Assembly: GCF_009834535.1 (NCBI RefSeq)
Contig: NC_045696.1
Location: 67,272,001-67,336,000 of the forward strand
Source: Camelus ferus
Lineage: Eukaryota
Reading direction: 5' to 3'
DNA: 64,000 nucleotides
The position numbers were made by a program, and so were the translations under genes. A model generated the notes under the pieces. That model was not told the origin of the DNA. It saw only the letters and a list, made by a program, of their open reading frames with translations, and ran no database searches. Shown here in pieces: positions 39,340 to 52,241 of the stretch (positions within the stretch are counted from its first letter, which is position 1; each line of letters opens with the position of its first letter).

Positions 39340-39448
39340 CAAGGAAGGAAGGAAGGAAGGAAAGAAAGGAAGGAAGAAAGAGAAAGAAAGAAAAGAAAGA
39401 GAGAGAGAGAAAGAAAAGAAAGAAATAGAAAGAAAGAAAAAAAAAACA
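39340..39448. repeat. Polypurine (GGAA/GAAA/GA)n tract
   Basis: Directly visible; essentially purine-only over ~105 bp. Confidence 0.95.
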
Positions 39449-40814
39449 GATTCTACAAAATAAAATTTATGAAAACTGTGCTGCCAAACGTTAAATAAAA
39501 ATCATCAGTGAAAAAGACTAATTAATTCACGTATTATATATTCTCCTTTTTTAATCCTCCCCAATGGCAATCATGTACTTTTGAGGGGGACATCTGGTAA
39601 CTTAAGCTCACTTAAAACATTCTTTTTCTGGCAAGCAGCTAGCTGGGAATATCCATATTCTGGAAGCTCTTGTCAGCTTACCCCTGCCTCTAGCCCCAAA
39701 TGAAGTCAGCCTGCCCTGCTCCCAGACAGTCTAAACAATTGCACACTGGCTCTGAGTGAGTGCAGAGCACACTCTCCAGATGTTTGGGATTCGGGGAAGC
39801 TACTGTTCGGACATAATGAAGCCCCATGTTTCACAAGCCAGCAGCTTGGTGGGTTAGAGGGACCACATTTAGCTGGGTAAGCAACCAACTTGGTTTAGTC
39901 CTGGGTGTATACACTAGAAGTGAGGCAGTGGCTGTCCCAAACTACTCAAGCAGGCAAGAAGCGACTTTGGAGGATACACTGCAGAGCAGATTCAAAGGCA
40001 GTTGGTCTAAAGGACCTAGAACATCTCCTGCCACCTTAAGACCTCACAGGTCTATGAAATTCCCTTTTTTCAAGGAAGTGAGAAAAAAATCCTGCCTTAT
40101 GGGAAACTTCTCTTCCTTAATGAATCAAAGCCTGGCTGATTCCACACAGAAATGAAAATAATGATATCCTATTCAGAAATTGTATAACCCGAGATATAAA
40201 TCAAAGGTAGTATATAAATTAGGGATTTTTTAAAAAAATATAAACAATTCAGCAAAATATTTGTGCTATACACAACTTTTCATTTGAAGTAAGTGCGTGC
40301 TACACAATCCTTCTGGGATTCTATGGTTTTCTGAGCGCAAAAGAATGAACAACAGATTTTAGTAATTGAAATCATGAAAAAGCGGTACAATTCAGTGGGG
40401 AAAGAAGGCTGGTGTATGGCATTTCTGTAAGGGAATGATGTTGCATTGCTTTCAAGTCTACGTGTTATAGTAAATGTAATGACTAATAAAGTGAAGTGAA
40501 TCCGTAGAAAAAAAGCATCATTTGTAATAAGTATATTATGAAGCGCAAGTTTTGTTCAAGAGCATTTTTAAAAGTTTTAAGCCCTTGGTTTGATAAAAAC
40601 TAATATTTTCATTTTGACCAATTGCTCTCATAAGAAGATACATTAAATGTGTTCAGATGGAGACATTGTTTCCCGCCTTTAATTGTATGTATTACATACA
40701 GCCTGCCTGAAGCCCTGTGGACTCCAAAGAAACAGGCTTAAGTCAGTGACATCCTCTTCTTATATTCTTCTCTACGATAGGTCACATGAAGAAATCAAGT
40801 CATGAGGTTGTGGG

Positions 40815-40891
40815 GAGCAAATGGAAAAAGATCTCTGTACCTTTTGTTTAATTTTGCAATGAACCTAAAACTGCTCTAAAAAAATAAGTCT
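40815..40891 (+). mobile_element. Old L1 (L1MC/L1MD-type) extreme 3' end
   Basis: atctctgtacctt...aattttgcaatgaacctaaaactgctctaaaaaaataagtc. Confidence 0.75.
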
Positions 40892-41056
40892 GGGGGATAG
40901 GGTATAGCTCAGTGGTAGAGTGTATGCTTAGCATACATGAGGTCCTGGGTTCAATCCCCAGTATCTCCATTTAAAAAAGGAGTAAATAAATAAATAAACC
41001 TAAATTGCCTCCCCCCTCCCTCAAAAAAACAAAAACATACAAACAAACAAAAAAAG
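40892..41056 (+). mobile_element. Vic-1-type camelid SINE (tRNA-Ala-derived)
   Basis: ggtatagctcagtggtagag...ttagcat...gaggtcctgggttcaatccccagtatctcca with A box and B box, then aaataaataaataaaccta..ccccc and an A-rich tail. Confidence 0.9.
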
Positions 41057-41224
41057 TTCACTAGGGAAAAAAAAAAATTCAGGGGATTGTCTTTTATCTA
41101 GATCTTTCCAGGAAGCAGATAATATTTTTCCCAAGATTAAAAAAAGAATTACATTATGGGCACTTAAGTTATTTCTAAGTGAAACTCCTTATGCTTTAAA
41201 ATTACTGATGGAAAGAGCACTAGA

Positions 41225-41420
41225 CTAAGAGTCAACATTCAGCCCTCTGATCATAGCTCCACATGCCACCAGCTGAGTAAGTCTGTGTTAGTCAGTTCCT
41301 TTTTCTGGACCTCAGTTCCATCAGATGGAAATCGGGATGGTAATAACCACCCTCCCCTACCTAAAATGACAGAAACATGAAAACCCTTTGAAAGCAACAA
41401 GGCCTATACAAACGTAAGCA
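41225..41420 (+). mobile_element. MIR SINE
   Basis: tggaaagagcactagact..gagtca...ctggacctcagtt..catc...gggatggtaataacc. Confidence 0.75.
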
Positions 41421-41449
41421 GGGAAGAAAGAAATCAGTATGCTGCAGGA

Positions 41450-41920
41450 ATCATTCATTCATTCATTTATTCATTCATTCAGCAAATACGTGAATTCCCC
41501 ACATAAACCACGCTCTCTGCCAGGTGCCAGGGAATTTCATAGTAAATGAAGCAGGCAAAATTGCAACCTTTCTGGAGTTTACAGTGCAGTGGAGAAGACA
41601 GGTGCTAAATAATCATATAAATAAACATATTTAAAATTGTGATGTTTGCCAAAAGAAAGAGTTAAATGCAAGTTGGAAAATACATCATGATGGGTGACAT
41701 GATTTAGATGGGGACTGGGGGGTGGGGGGAAGGTGGGTAAAGACATCAAGGAAAAGTTTCTCAGAGACTTGAAGCATGAGGAGTTGGCAGCCAAAAAGTT
41801 GAGGGGAAGAGGTTGCAGGGAGTACTCTAGGCAAAGGGGAAAGCACGTGCAAAGGCCCTGAGGTTAAAAAAAAAAAAAAAAAAGCTTGACATATTCAATG
41901 CACTAGCAGAAAGCCAGGGT
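41450..41920 (-). mobile_element. L2 3' fragment
   Basis: (ttca)n tail, tgccaggtgccaggga..., gcacgtgcaaaggccctgagg. Confidence 0.8.
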
Positions 41921-42695
41921 TGCCATTGATGGTTTTTGTGTTTGTGCCCCATGACGATGATCTCATACTGCTTTTGAGAATAGACTAGAACAATTATGAA
42001 CATTGACACAGATTTTTACTTAGGCTAAACTATCTTTCCTCAACAAATGTTTCCAATTTAGAAACACTCTATATCCAATGCAAATCCTAATCTCTGTATA
42101 TTTAGTATTTCTTATGCCTAAAGGACGTTTTACATGTCCTCTATTCTGTAGGCTTCAAAGAGAAAGTCAGCCTGTTATAATTAAGAATTTTATCAAGAAA
42201 ATTAATCAGACTCTGTCCTGAGAAAAGCTAGGTGGACCCAAAACTGTAACATGTAAGCAACAATGGAAGGTCCTAAGTTGGTGATGCTGGAAAAGAGAAA
42301 TCTTGTTCCCAGGCACTTACTCAAGCTATTGTGTGGAGAAGAGGAGACTTCCAGCGCTGTCAGTGGACACTGAAGGGTTTTGTGGTTACAGTTTGCAAGA
42401 GGGCAAAACGTTCCTCAGTATAAGAAAGAACTGGATAAGAATGGGAGATGCCTGATTTTGCAGAGGGAAAAATTCGGTATTCCTCTAAAAGTCATAAGTA
42501 AATCACTAAGGTAAGACAGATTAGACCATCCCTCTGGGACATGTAGAGAAGATTCAGGTATCTGTAAATCCACTGTAGTAGACGCTGTCTAAAGTGTCTT
42601 CTCGCACTGAGAGATGCCATTGAAAATTGCCTCCTTAACAGAAAGATATAGGAAACTATTCTCAGTAAAAGAGAAGTTTCATCTCCCAATACTCT

Positions 42696-42834
42696 TTTTT
42701 TCCCCCAAAGGCTTGTTAAATATTTTTTTAATCGGGTTTATTTATTTATTTTTTAGAGGAGGTACTGGGGATTGAATTCAGAACCTTGTGTATGCTGAGC
42801 ATGTGCTTTACCACTTGAATTATATCCTCCCCCC
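42696..42834 (-). mobile_element. Vic-1-type camelid SINE
   Basis: ggaggtactggggattgaa...tgctgagcatgtgctttaccact..tatatcctcccccc; TSD tcatctcccaa(ta/cg)ctct at 42679-42695 and 42835-42851. Confidence 0.9.
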
Positions 42835-43929
42835 TCATCTCCCAACGCTCTTAATCATTTAGGAGACCAGCACTGGAATCAAGAGTAGGATGGCCTTAAT
42901 ACAACCACCAGTGGAGAGTTGTAGAGAGTTTTGTAAACACTAAATGGTTTCTACAAAGTATTTATCAATAAGGAGGAATTTTCATTCATCAGAAATCTTC
43001 TTTAGCATTACCCAGTATGGATTTAGAAAAAAATAATTTGCTAATGGAAATTGGAATAGGAGGTGAGAGCCCCAGGTAGCTGTCAGGAGCAGAAATGTTC
43101 TGTACCAGGTCTGGGAAAAAGTTGTTTTATAATTTCTAGAGGTAGGTGGGTGATGGGTCAGGAAAGTTATAGAGCCAGAGCAGACACTGAAGTTTGAAGA
43201 GCTTTACAAATGAAGGTAGTGGTAATGGGGCAGAAGAAGGCATTTTAATGTGAAATAAAGAGCAAGGTGTGATCCAAGAGAGTACAAGAATCAATAGTTT
43301 GGGTGCATGTTATGTGAGCTAGTTTGGTGAACAGGAACGCTAGAGCTTTGCTCATGAAAAAATAAACATTGATCTAGTAGGCCGGGGGTTCTTAACCTTG
43401 AGTTTCTATTTGTCTTCTGAACACAGGAATATAGTACCTTTTGGGTACAAACGAGGGCTTTGTTCTGTGATGCCCCGGAGTTTTTCTTAAGGAATGTGGC
43501 GACTCAGTCTGAGTCAAGGGCGAGCCCTGGGCTTTATTTATGTTGATGTAAGTACGGTCAGGAGACAAGATGGGACAAAGAGGCTAAGAGAGATTTTATC
43601 AGGGTATCATGCTGATGAAATTTTAAAAAGTGATATGCTATGTATGATAAAGTGCCCCTAAGTCTCCCTTCCAATTCCAACTCAGACGAGGGACTGGAAA
43701 TTTAGACAGTATTTACTGAGTGTCTGCTGTCTGCCGAGTATTGTGTAAGCGCTTTATTCCCAACACAAGCCTGTGAGATACAAATTTTCTCATCTTACAG
43801 AGGAAGAAGGGACCCAGAGAGGTTAACTCCTTATGCATTTTGTTAAGTCATTCATTTATTGAGTCAACATATGTTGGTTAAGCAGCTACAGATGGGGCAT
43901 GTATCAGGTGCTACTTCGGGGGGAACCTA

Positions 43930-44420
43930 CCGGGAACTGCTATGGGAGCTACCTACTGCCTTATCTGTCCAGCACCCCTTCATCTGAACAGTGCCACTTT
44001 TATTTTTGGATCATCCCCTTTCTCCAGTCCGTCTGTCTGTCTATCTATCTATCTATCATTAAAACTTTCACTTTCTCACCCAACCCTACTGTCTGACCAC
44101 AAGTGATGGTCAACTAACTTAGTATTTTGGGATTTGGGACTAAGAGAAAATCAAAATAAAGTCTGGTCAATGGTTGGGAACTATAAGTTGAGATACCGAC
44201 GAGCTGAGGTGGGCTATGATTTTTGCCAGCTGGTAGAAGTCCACAGAGAAAGGGAAACATGAAGCTGGCACAGTGGAGAACAGCAGAGATACAAGACAGA
44301 GACCAGATCCTGATGGCAGTCATCTGTCTGCTCCACTGTTGTGTCTTTCTCTGGGCGTCCACCTTAGACTCCATGAGCATATCCCAGGATCCTTCAAAAA
44401 GTCTTTCTGCTTAAGCTTGC
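43930..44420 (+). mobile_element. ERVL LTR (LTR16/LTR33-like) fragment
   Basis: attttgggatttgggact...gagaacagcagagat..cagatcctgatg...tctgcttaagcttg. Confidence 0.5.
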
Positions 44421-44733
44421 CTTTTCTTTTTTAGCTTTCTAATAAATTGTTACTGTGCTAGGCATGAAAGGCACAGAGATGAAAAGCACACAGTCCCTGC
44501 CTTATGACACTCTTAAGAGGTATTTCATAAGGACATGTGTGTGGACATAGACTATTACAACATTATCAGTGGGGTGGGGACATGATCCCTTACTTTATGT
44601 ATCTGAGTCATCCCACTACCCCTTTCCCTTGCCACGCATCCTCTGCAAGTTCTCAGTCCACTTCCTCCTTCCAGGCATGGGCGTCTCTGACTGAGGATCC
44701 AACTATAGTGAAGCGCAGTAATTGATGCAAGGT

Positions 44734-44954
44734 CAGGGTCTGCAAACATTTTATGCAAAGGGCCAGGTGAGAAATATTTCGGTTCTGTGGACTGTGGAGA
44801 CTCTGTCACAACCAACCACTTCTGCTCTTATAATCTCAAAACAGCCATGCAGAATATGTACATGAATGAGTGTGCCTGTGTTCCAATTAAACTTTATTTA
44901 CAAAAACAACTGAGATGCCGGATTTGGTCCATGGGCCATAGTTTACCAACTCTG
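44734..44954 (+). mobile_element. MER58A-like hAT-Charlie MITE
   Basis: cagggtctgcaaac..aaagggccag...aaaacagccat...tgtgttccaattaaactttatttacaaaaac...gggccatagtttaccaactctg. Confidence 0.88.
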
Positions 44955-46569
44955 GGGTCTAGTTGTTTGGGGGCAAAGTGAAGTTCAGAACCATGATGTG
45001 AGGTGATGTAGAAACTCAGAGGAAAAACCAAACTACGCCACAAGCATCAGGAAAAAACATTCCTGCAAGAGATGGTACCTGAGCTGAGTCTTTAAACAAA
45101 CACAAGCAGAAATTAGCCACAGCAAAAGAAACACGTAGGAAAAGCAGCATTCACCAATGCAGTGAGCTTTGAGAGACCCTGGTACTTGAGAGACTGCCAA
45201 TAGTTCCCTACAACTGGGGCAAAAAGTAAAAAGTTAGGAGAGTAGTGAAAATAAGACAAAGCAGAGTAGCAAAGAGAATATCGGGGGCGGGGGGAGCAAT
45301 ACACTAAGAAATCTAACCTTTATCCTGAAAGCTTTGGGGATCCATGGAAGAATTTTAGGCGGAAATCATCTGCCTAAAATCCTCAGTCAGGTATCATCTG
45401 ATTCCTTTTTCTTCTTTAATAATCTTTCAGGACTATAAAACGTAGAGGCAGGAATTTTACGTAGAAAAATATTGCAATTGTTCAGATATGAAGTGATAAG
45501 GGCCTCTATTTAGGCAATGAGGTCAATGAAACATTAGAATCAGCAGGACCCAACTTGAAGACAGATTATATATAAGTGGGAGAGAGATGGAAAGATAGAG
45601 GTTTATGGTCAAAGGAAGAAATCCTGAAGTTTGTGAAAGTCAAGGAGTTGGACAGCCCTGTAGATAGGGACCACCCAGTTCAGAGGCAGAACTTAGAGCA
45701 GGAGGGAGAACAGCAGTTGTGTGCCTAAGTCTCCAACAAGTGGGGAGAGATTAAGAGGGCCATGGTTGGCAGTGCGGGTGGGGGTGGAATGTGGAGGAAC
45801 TGGATGGTGTAGCCAAATACTGTGTTTCTTTGAAAGAAACAGGGAATAGGAGAAAGAACAATGATTTGGAGGCAGCACTGTGGGGTATAGGAAAAGTTCA
45901 CAAGGCTTCTAACTTCAGGGTAAGACTTAAGAAAACAGTGTGGGAAGTTCAAGTAAGAGCACATCCAGATGAGCTGTACCCCCGGGCGAGACCAGGTTTC
46001 AGTTAAGGCAGAAAATAAAGAAGGAACTCAATGAAGAGACTGAAAATGTGAGTTTGCCAGCATGGACAGGCACGCTTCAAGGGAGCAAAGCAAATGGTTG
46101 GAAGGGGTAACATACAGAAGGGAAAAGAGAGACAAGTCAAAGTGGGACAGGGGTGCAGGGATGTGTCCAGACGAGTGGTAATGACCCAGGGGCACGGGTG
46201 CCAAGGAGAGCTGTAATGTGAAGACTGGCAGAGTTCACTGCCTTCACATTTCCAAAAGAAACTTTGGAATAAACTTGTTTTGATGCTAGAAAACCATGGC
46301 ATTTGCTCAGCATGCTGGTAAAAATACGACACCTCCAAAATAATCTTTTTCTGCGTGCACAGGGCAGGATTTTCTTTTACCAAAAATGTCGGTTGTGGGG
46401 GAAGCTAGTGACTCCACTAACAAATAAGAAGGTACGGGTCTCTCTTGGGGACACCAACTGCTGCCTTGGACTGACCAGGACACCTGGTCACCCAGAGATA
46501 AGATTTGTATTCAAACCCTTATCTGATGGAATCAACATCTGTGCTTTTTGTACTAGTTTGCCTCTATTT

Positions 46570-46709
46570 TATATACTTTTTAATTTTTTGTGGGGGAAGG
46601 TAATTCTGCTTACTTATATTATTTTTTAAGTAGAGGTACTGGCGACTGAACCCATGACCTTGTGGATGCTAGGCACGCACTCTACCACTGAGCTATGTAC
46701 CCTCCCACC
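46570..46709 (-). mobile_element. Vic-1-type camelid SINE
   Basis: gaggtactgg..actgaaccc...tgctaggcacgcactctaccactgagctat; TSD ttgcctct(a/g)ttt at 46558-46569 and 46710-46721. Confidence 0.9.
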
Positions 46710-46938
46710 TTGCCTCTGTTTAAAGCAGATTACCAATAACTGTTCTAGCTGATTCTCAGGGTCACCACAGAGGAAGGATAAAAGAGTTCATATTTGCAAA
46801 AGCAATCAATTTTTCTACTAGAATCCATACAATCTTTGTTTTTTCTTTCTTATTTCTCTTTCTGTGGTTGATTTCTAGTTTCATACCATGATGTTTAAAA
46901 AATTAAAGTCATGCTCGGTTAAAAAAAAAAAAAGGAAG

Positions 46939-47020
46939 GACACAACATTGTAAAATGACTATAACTCAATTAAAAAATGTAAAAAAAAGAATTAAAAAAA
47001 AGAAAAGAAAAAGAAAGAAA
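46939..47020 (+). mobile_element. Very short camelid L1 terminal fragment plus A-tail
   Basis: gacacaacattgtaaaatgactataactcaat followed by an A-rich tail. Confidence 0.8.
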
Positions 47021-49650
47021 ATTCTAGTAGAGATACAGTGTAGAAATATTGGTCACCACTATTACCAAATAATCTGCTCTGTGACAGTCTGAGACGTATG
47101 CTGTACACAAACTATGAAGTACAATGAGTAGGGTAGAGAGGTGAAGCCAGGACCCATGGGGAGCGACACGGCAAGGGCTCTTGGAGATGGAGCTGGCCTT
47201 CAAATGATGTGTTTCATTTTCCCCATAGACCCCTGTCCTCTAGATTCCCAGCCGTACCCTTCCTATCTCCCTTTGAACCAAGATGAGGAATTCGGGCCAT
47301 CAGCAGAGAACGGGGACACCAGCAAGTCTCCCCTGTGCTAACTCAGAGGGTGTGGGGTGGGACAGCAGAGCCCACCTACCTCACAGGCCATTGTCTTCCC
47401 TTGGCAAAAACACTGCGTGCTGCTCCAGCCCAGCTCCTGGGGCCTGACCTCTTTTTCAAGTCTGTGGTCAGCCTGCTTATCGGGCCTGACCTCCTCCAGC
47501 TGGATCTTGTTTTTGACTTGGCGTCTTTCTTCTCAGCTGTTTCCATTTTAGGCCTCTGTTCCTGATTCTTGAAAGCAAAAGTAGCCAAGCTCCTTCCCTC
47601 TGCCCAGGTCAAGGCAAAGGGACTGGTTGTATTGGGGCGCCATGGGTCTAGGTGGGACAGATGACAGGTGTCCGTCATTGGCCTTCTGGTAGAGGCCTCG
47701 TTTGGGTACAGCTGTGCCTTCTCTAGGGGTCTGGGGTTCAGAAGGAGGGGATTAGATAACCCAACATGTAAGAACAAGGTGAAGAGAGATTCAGCAGGGA
47801 GGAACGGCAGGGCAGGGACCTTGTTTGCCCAGATGGTGGCTGAAGGCCAGTCCAGGACCAGACAGAGCAGATCCCTGGGCGGGCGTGCTCCGCGCTCCTT
47901 CCATGTTGAGCAGTTGAGCTCCTGAGGGGCAAGTCAAGCCCCACTTATTACAGAGCTTTTTTCCAGCTATGAGGCCCAGCATGAACAAAGCCAGAAGCTC
48001 ACCCATCCTGTCATAGAAACAACAAAAATACATAGAAACCTTTCCCTGAGTTTCTGTGCCACAGACTGGGGGCTACGTCTTCACCTCTAGGACCAAGTGG
48101 CTTCCTGGGAGGCTAAAGAGGGTAAAAGAAAGCAAGACTGCTTCTCCCTGTTACCCAGTGTCACGCCACCACCCCGGCCGCCCTCCCTCTCCCACCCACA
48201 GCCCCTCCTACTCCCCAAGGGGTGCCATGTTGGAGCCAAAATCCACTCTGTCAGCGCAAGAGCAGCCCTGCCTTCTCTTGCTCCACACACCATGTGACCC
48301 TGGAGAACCTCCAGGGCATATTTCATCTGGCATCAGCAACTAGAGGTCACCGTGACCCAAAACTTCCTGCATTCTCAGGCCTGGCAGCGCCTGCCAAAGC
48401 CAGCCATGGCGGGGGAGGGAGAGCGCCGCTGGGGGGGCGCCGACCACGTGTGGTGTCGGCCGCCCGGCTGCCAGCAGACAGCAGCACTGCTTTTCCACTG
48501 CCGGCCATTCATTGGACTTGGCCAGCTTTGTTCCTTCCCTGGGACTAAGTCAACAAACTGAGACCGGAGGAGCTGAAGCCCTGGCACGCGGAGGAAAGCC
48601 GTCTCTGTTCGCCTGCACACCGTGGCCAGCAGCTGTGCTCCGGGGCCCCCGGACACTCGGATTCCCCACCCGTCCTACCTGCTGGGCACTGTGGTGTGAC
48701 AGGGTCCGAGACTCCCAGGGATTGCTTCTTTCCTTTTTCCTCCATAAGAAAAAACAAATCATTAGAGAGGCCAGAGATTTCACGTTCACAGACACTGGAA
48801 GTGAACCTCTAAGGTCGGGAAACAATTTTAGGATCAGTTTACAGAGTCCCCTTGCATAAAAGAATCATAAAGTTTTAGGGCTAGAAAAGATCGTGAACCT
48901 ACCAAGTTGGTGGTTCTTCAGATTGGTAGAGAAACCTTCGAGTATCTGATGAAAACAACCCACTCCCTGCCCTAAAAAACAAATTAATAAACAAGCAAAA
49001 AACCCATGGATACACAAGATCTTGCTCACAACTTTGGGAGTGCAGGGACCCCTGGAGCCCATCTGTGGATGTTCTTGTCCACCTCCAGCACCGTTCCTTC
49101 CCTTCTTTTGCAGAAGGAGAAATGTGTGGTCCGGAGAGGATGCTGACTCTTGCAAAGATCAAGGCTAGAAGTTGTCCCACTGAACCCAACCTCCTGATTC
49201 AGACCTTTCAACAGATTGCGTCGTGCCTCTCACCCTGGGAGCCCCTCTTCTCTTTGTCTTCTGTTCTTTCCTTTTACTGTCTTTTTCTTCATTTTTTCCC
49301 TTCCTGCCTTCTCTCCTTAGGTCTTTTCATTCTCCTGTTATTTCTCTCCAAACCTTGTTTCCTCCGTGCTTTCTCTGACCCCACTCTTTTATGCGCCATG
49401 TGCCTCAGGCACTCAGTCACTTGATAAGTCTTAGCTCTGGGGTCCTCTGAATAGGTCACCGACTCCTGTTGAATCCAAAGATGTAATGTGTAAACCAAGG
49501 AAAGAATGAAATTGCAGAAAGTAGTCAAATCAAGGATAAAAATCTCTCTCCCCGAGATCTTCAGTAGAGATCTAGCACAAATGAGTCTCTTCATTCCTAG
49601 TAAAGATGAATACATAAGGGGGGCAAAATATAGATGCCCATCCTGTAGAT

Positions 49651-50990
49651 CAGTGGTTCTCAAAGTATCATCCAAGGACCCCTGGGGGACTTTGAGACCC
49701 TTTGAGGGGGCCTACAAGGTCAAAGTTGTTTTCACCATAATGCTAAGATAGTATCTGCCATTTTCACCGTGTCAATATTTGAATCAATGGTACAGAAAAC
49801 ACAGTGAGGACAAATTTCTGAGGTCTTAGCACGTATCAGGGCATTGAAAGCAAACTGGACTCATCGTCGCTGTCATCTTCATTGCTATGTTTTTTTAAAA
49901 AAACACTTTTTTAAAAAAAATAAATTTTCTTAAGAATGCCTTTAAGGAAGCAGTTCGAATTATTTATTTTATTAAACTTAGGACCTTGAGTACACATCTT
50001 TTTCTATTCCGTGACAAAAGCAGAAATGTGTGTAAAGCACTTTTGCTGCCTACCTAAGTATAATAATTGTCTCAGGGAAAAGTAGTGATACGATCGAACT
50101 CTGAGCTACACCAGTTGCTTTTTCTAATTTTACCTGAGAGAAGGGCTGACAAACTGTGGTTGTTTAAACCTCAGTATTTGGCAGATGTTTTCTTAATAAT
50201 GAACAAAGTGAGGATGTCACTTCAAGGGCAAAATTGACAATGCCTTTTGCCAATCATACATTCAAGCTTTTGATCAAAATGTAGAGTGTTGGAAAATGTG
50301 TATCCACCAGCATAAACTTCACTGCTTCACAATACTTAAAACTTTTCTGATTAGGTCCGTGGTGATAGTAACAAATGTGACTATTTGAATTTCAGGATGA
50401 AATGTGTCAACATTTAAAAGATCAGTATATGTCAGTAAACCAATATTTTCCAAACGGCCAATGCATGGTGTTACAAAACCATGCATTTGCAAAATGTCCA
50501 CTTAAAATGCGAGATAGATTAGTAGATTTTAACATATCTGAGTACAAAATTGGTTCCAGATTCCATAATGCAACTAACTTTATGAAACCACCACATACTG
50601 AACTTTTGATGTAGTAGCAAAGAAAAAGATCTACAATTATCTGAAAACACTATTATTTAAATATTCCACCCCTTCTAAACTGCATGTATGTTTAAGGCAG
50701 AATTTCCTTCATCTACTGTAACTAAACAACATATTATTGCAGATTGAATATAATAGAAGATAAGAAAAATGACAAGTCTCAAGACTTTAAGGAGATTTAC
50801 AAAAATGTAAAATAATACTTCTCTCTTTTGAAAATATATGAATTGGTGAATTTTTTTAAACACCTCAGTTTTAATTTCTAATAGAATAAATATGAGTAGG
50901 TATAACTTATATAAGCAAAAACGTTTAGAGTCCTCAGTAACTTTAAAGAATGCAAAGAAGTCCTGAGGCCAAAATGTTTGAGCGCTACTG
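49651..50990 (+). mobile_element. Charlie1(a)-type hAT DNA transposon, internally deleted, both ends present
   Basis: cagtggttctcaaag...gagaccctttgagggg..ggtcaaa start; gtcctgaggccaaaatgtttgagcgctactg end; 8-bp TSD ctgtaga(t/c) at 49643-49650 and 50991-50998; remnant YLADVF..MNKV.MSLQG. Confidence 0.92.
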
Positions 50991-51019
50991 CTGTAGACTG
51001 TCCTAGGAGGAAGCAGGGA

Positions 51020-51380
51020 TAAATCAGTGCAACACTCATTGCTGAGCATCTAGGATGGGTAAGGCTCAGTGCTAAATCCTATGGGGGAGCCAGCTCTTAC
51101 TGACCCCACAGTCTAGTAGGAGGGTAAGACATGAAGGTCCCTAACTGCACTGAGCACACAAGTGCCACTGGAGAGAAGAAATGGAGTGCCACCAGAGCTC
51201 CACTGGGAGTGGAGGGAAGAGGGTCTAGAAAAGTCTTCACAGAGGAGATAACCGTCGAGAAAAGAAACTGAGCATTTAGGGAAAAAAAATAAAAATAGAG
51301 GCAGAGGGGAAGGGCAGGGGTTGATGCCTGCCAAGCAGAGGGAAGAGCATGGGGACGGGAGAGCAGAAGGTTTATTGATT
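51020..51380 (-). mobile_element. L2 fragment
   Basis: cactcattgctgagcatct...cacagtctagtaggg...gtcttcacagaggagataa. Confidence 0.65.
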
Positions 51381-52074
51381 GGAGAGTAAGCACTTTGATA
51401 GGAGCAATGGAGATTCCATATGCAAAGTTTCATGGGAGGAGCCTCTTAGACAGTTGGTGCCCAGTAAATGTTTGTCAGATGAATCTATGTACGAAAATAA
51501 GAATTTACCAAGCCGTGAGTGGGTTTGTCTATGTCTTATCATGCCCACTCCACAATGGAAGTGAGAAAATTTTGCAGATATAACTAGCAGCCAAGAAAAG
51601 TCAGATGATTCATACAAAGTGAAAATCAGAGGCAGACCTGGGCCCTGAATAAACTCCCTTCTCCTGGCATCAAGGTCTCCGTCACCAGAGAATTTCATCT
51701 GAAGTCAAGTCTTGCCTGAGATTCCTCTGTCCTGACTTGGAAATGACACTGAATGAAAGAAGGTGAGATGGACACAAGCTTAGAGATTCATCATTTGAAC
51801 CACTTCCTCTGAACACCCACTCCCTGAGAGGAGCAATGAGAACTCAGGGATGAAAACACATTCCTCTTTTCATCATACACTCTTGAACAAAAGCATCAGG
51901 GGAGAGGGACCCACCCGACCATGACAGAGAGAGAGTAATGCTGCCCTAAAACAAAGCCCAGGGAGGACCATGGAGGATGAAGCTTCCAAGAGGGGATGGA
52001 AAAGATGGGAGTGATTCAAGAGATTTTGAAAGGATGAAGACTGATTAGACACAGAGATACAGAGAACTCATCCA

Positions 52075-52185
52075 TGAATTCAAACTCTCCTGAAGGGTGG
52101 GAGTCTGTCTTCTTTGTATCTGGGTCCCCAACACTCAGCACAGTGCCTATCACAACAAAGACATTCTATGAATGTTTGATGAGCT
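52075..52185 (+). mobile_element. L2 3' end
   Basis: ctcctgaagggtggga..tctttgtatc...cagcacagtgcct..atgaatgtttg. Confidence 0.7.
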
Positions 52186-52241
52186 ACTCTGAATGCAAGG
52201 GTGAGGGAGAGATAGGCTACCAAGACCCAAGCTTTCTCCAT

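Noticed and set aside
39274..39498. Lys/Arg/Glu-rich ORF
   Set aside because: Translation of the polypurine microsatellite
40897..40969. Apparent tRNA-Ala(AGC) gene
   Set aside because: It has the SINE-specific extension and A-rich tail, CpG-decay substitutions and two diverged paralogues with TSDs nearby, so it is a SINE and not a tRNA gene
43501..43515. Inverted repeat gactcag-t-ctgagtc
   Set aside because: 7-bp arms are expected by chance in 64 kb
47335..49751. Dense cluster of overlapping 60-133-aa ORFs
   Set aside because: Expected from higher GC on both strands; no recognisable domain and no convincing exon structure
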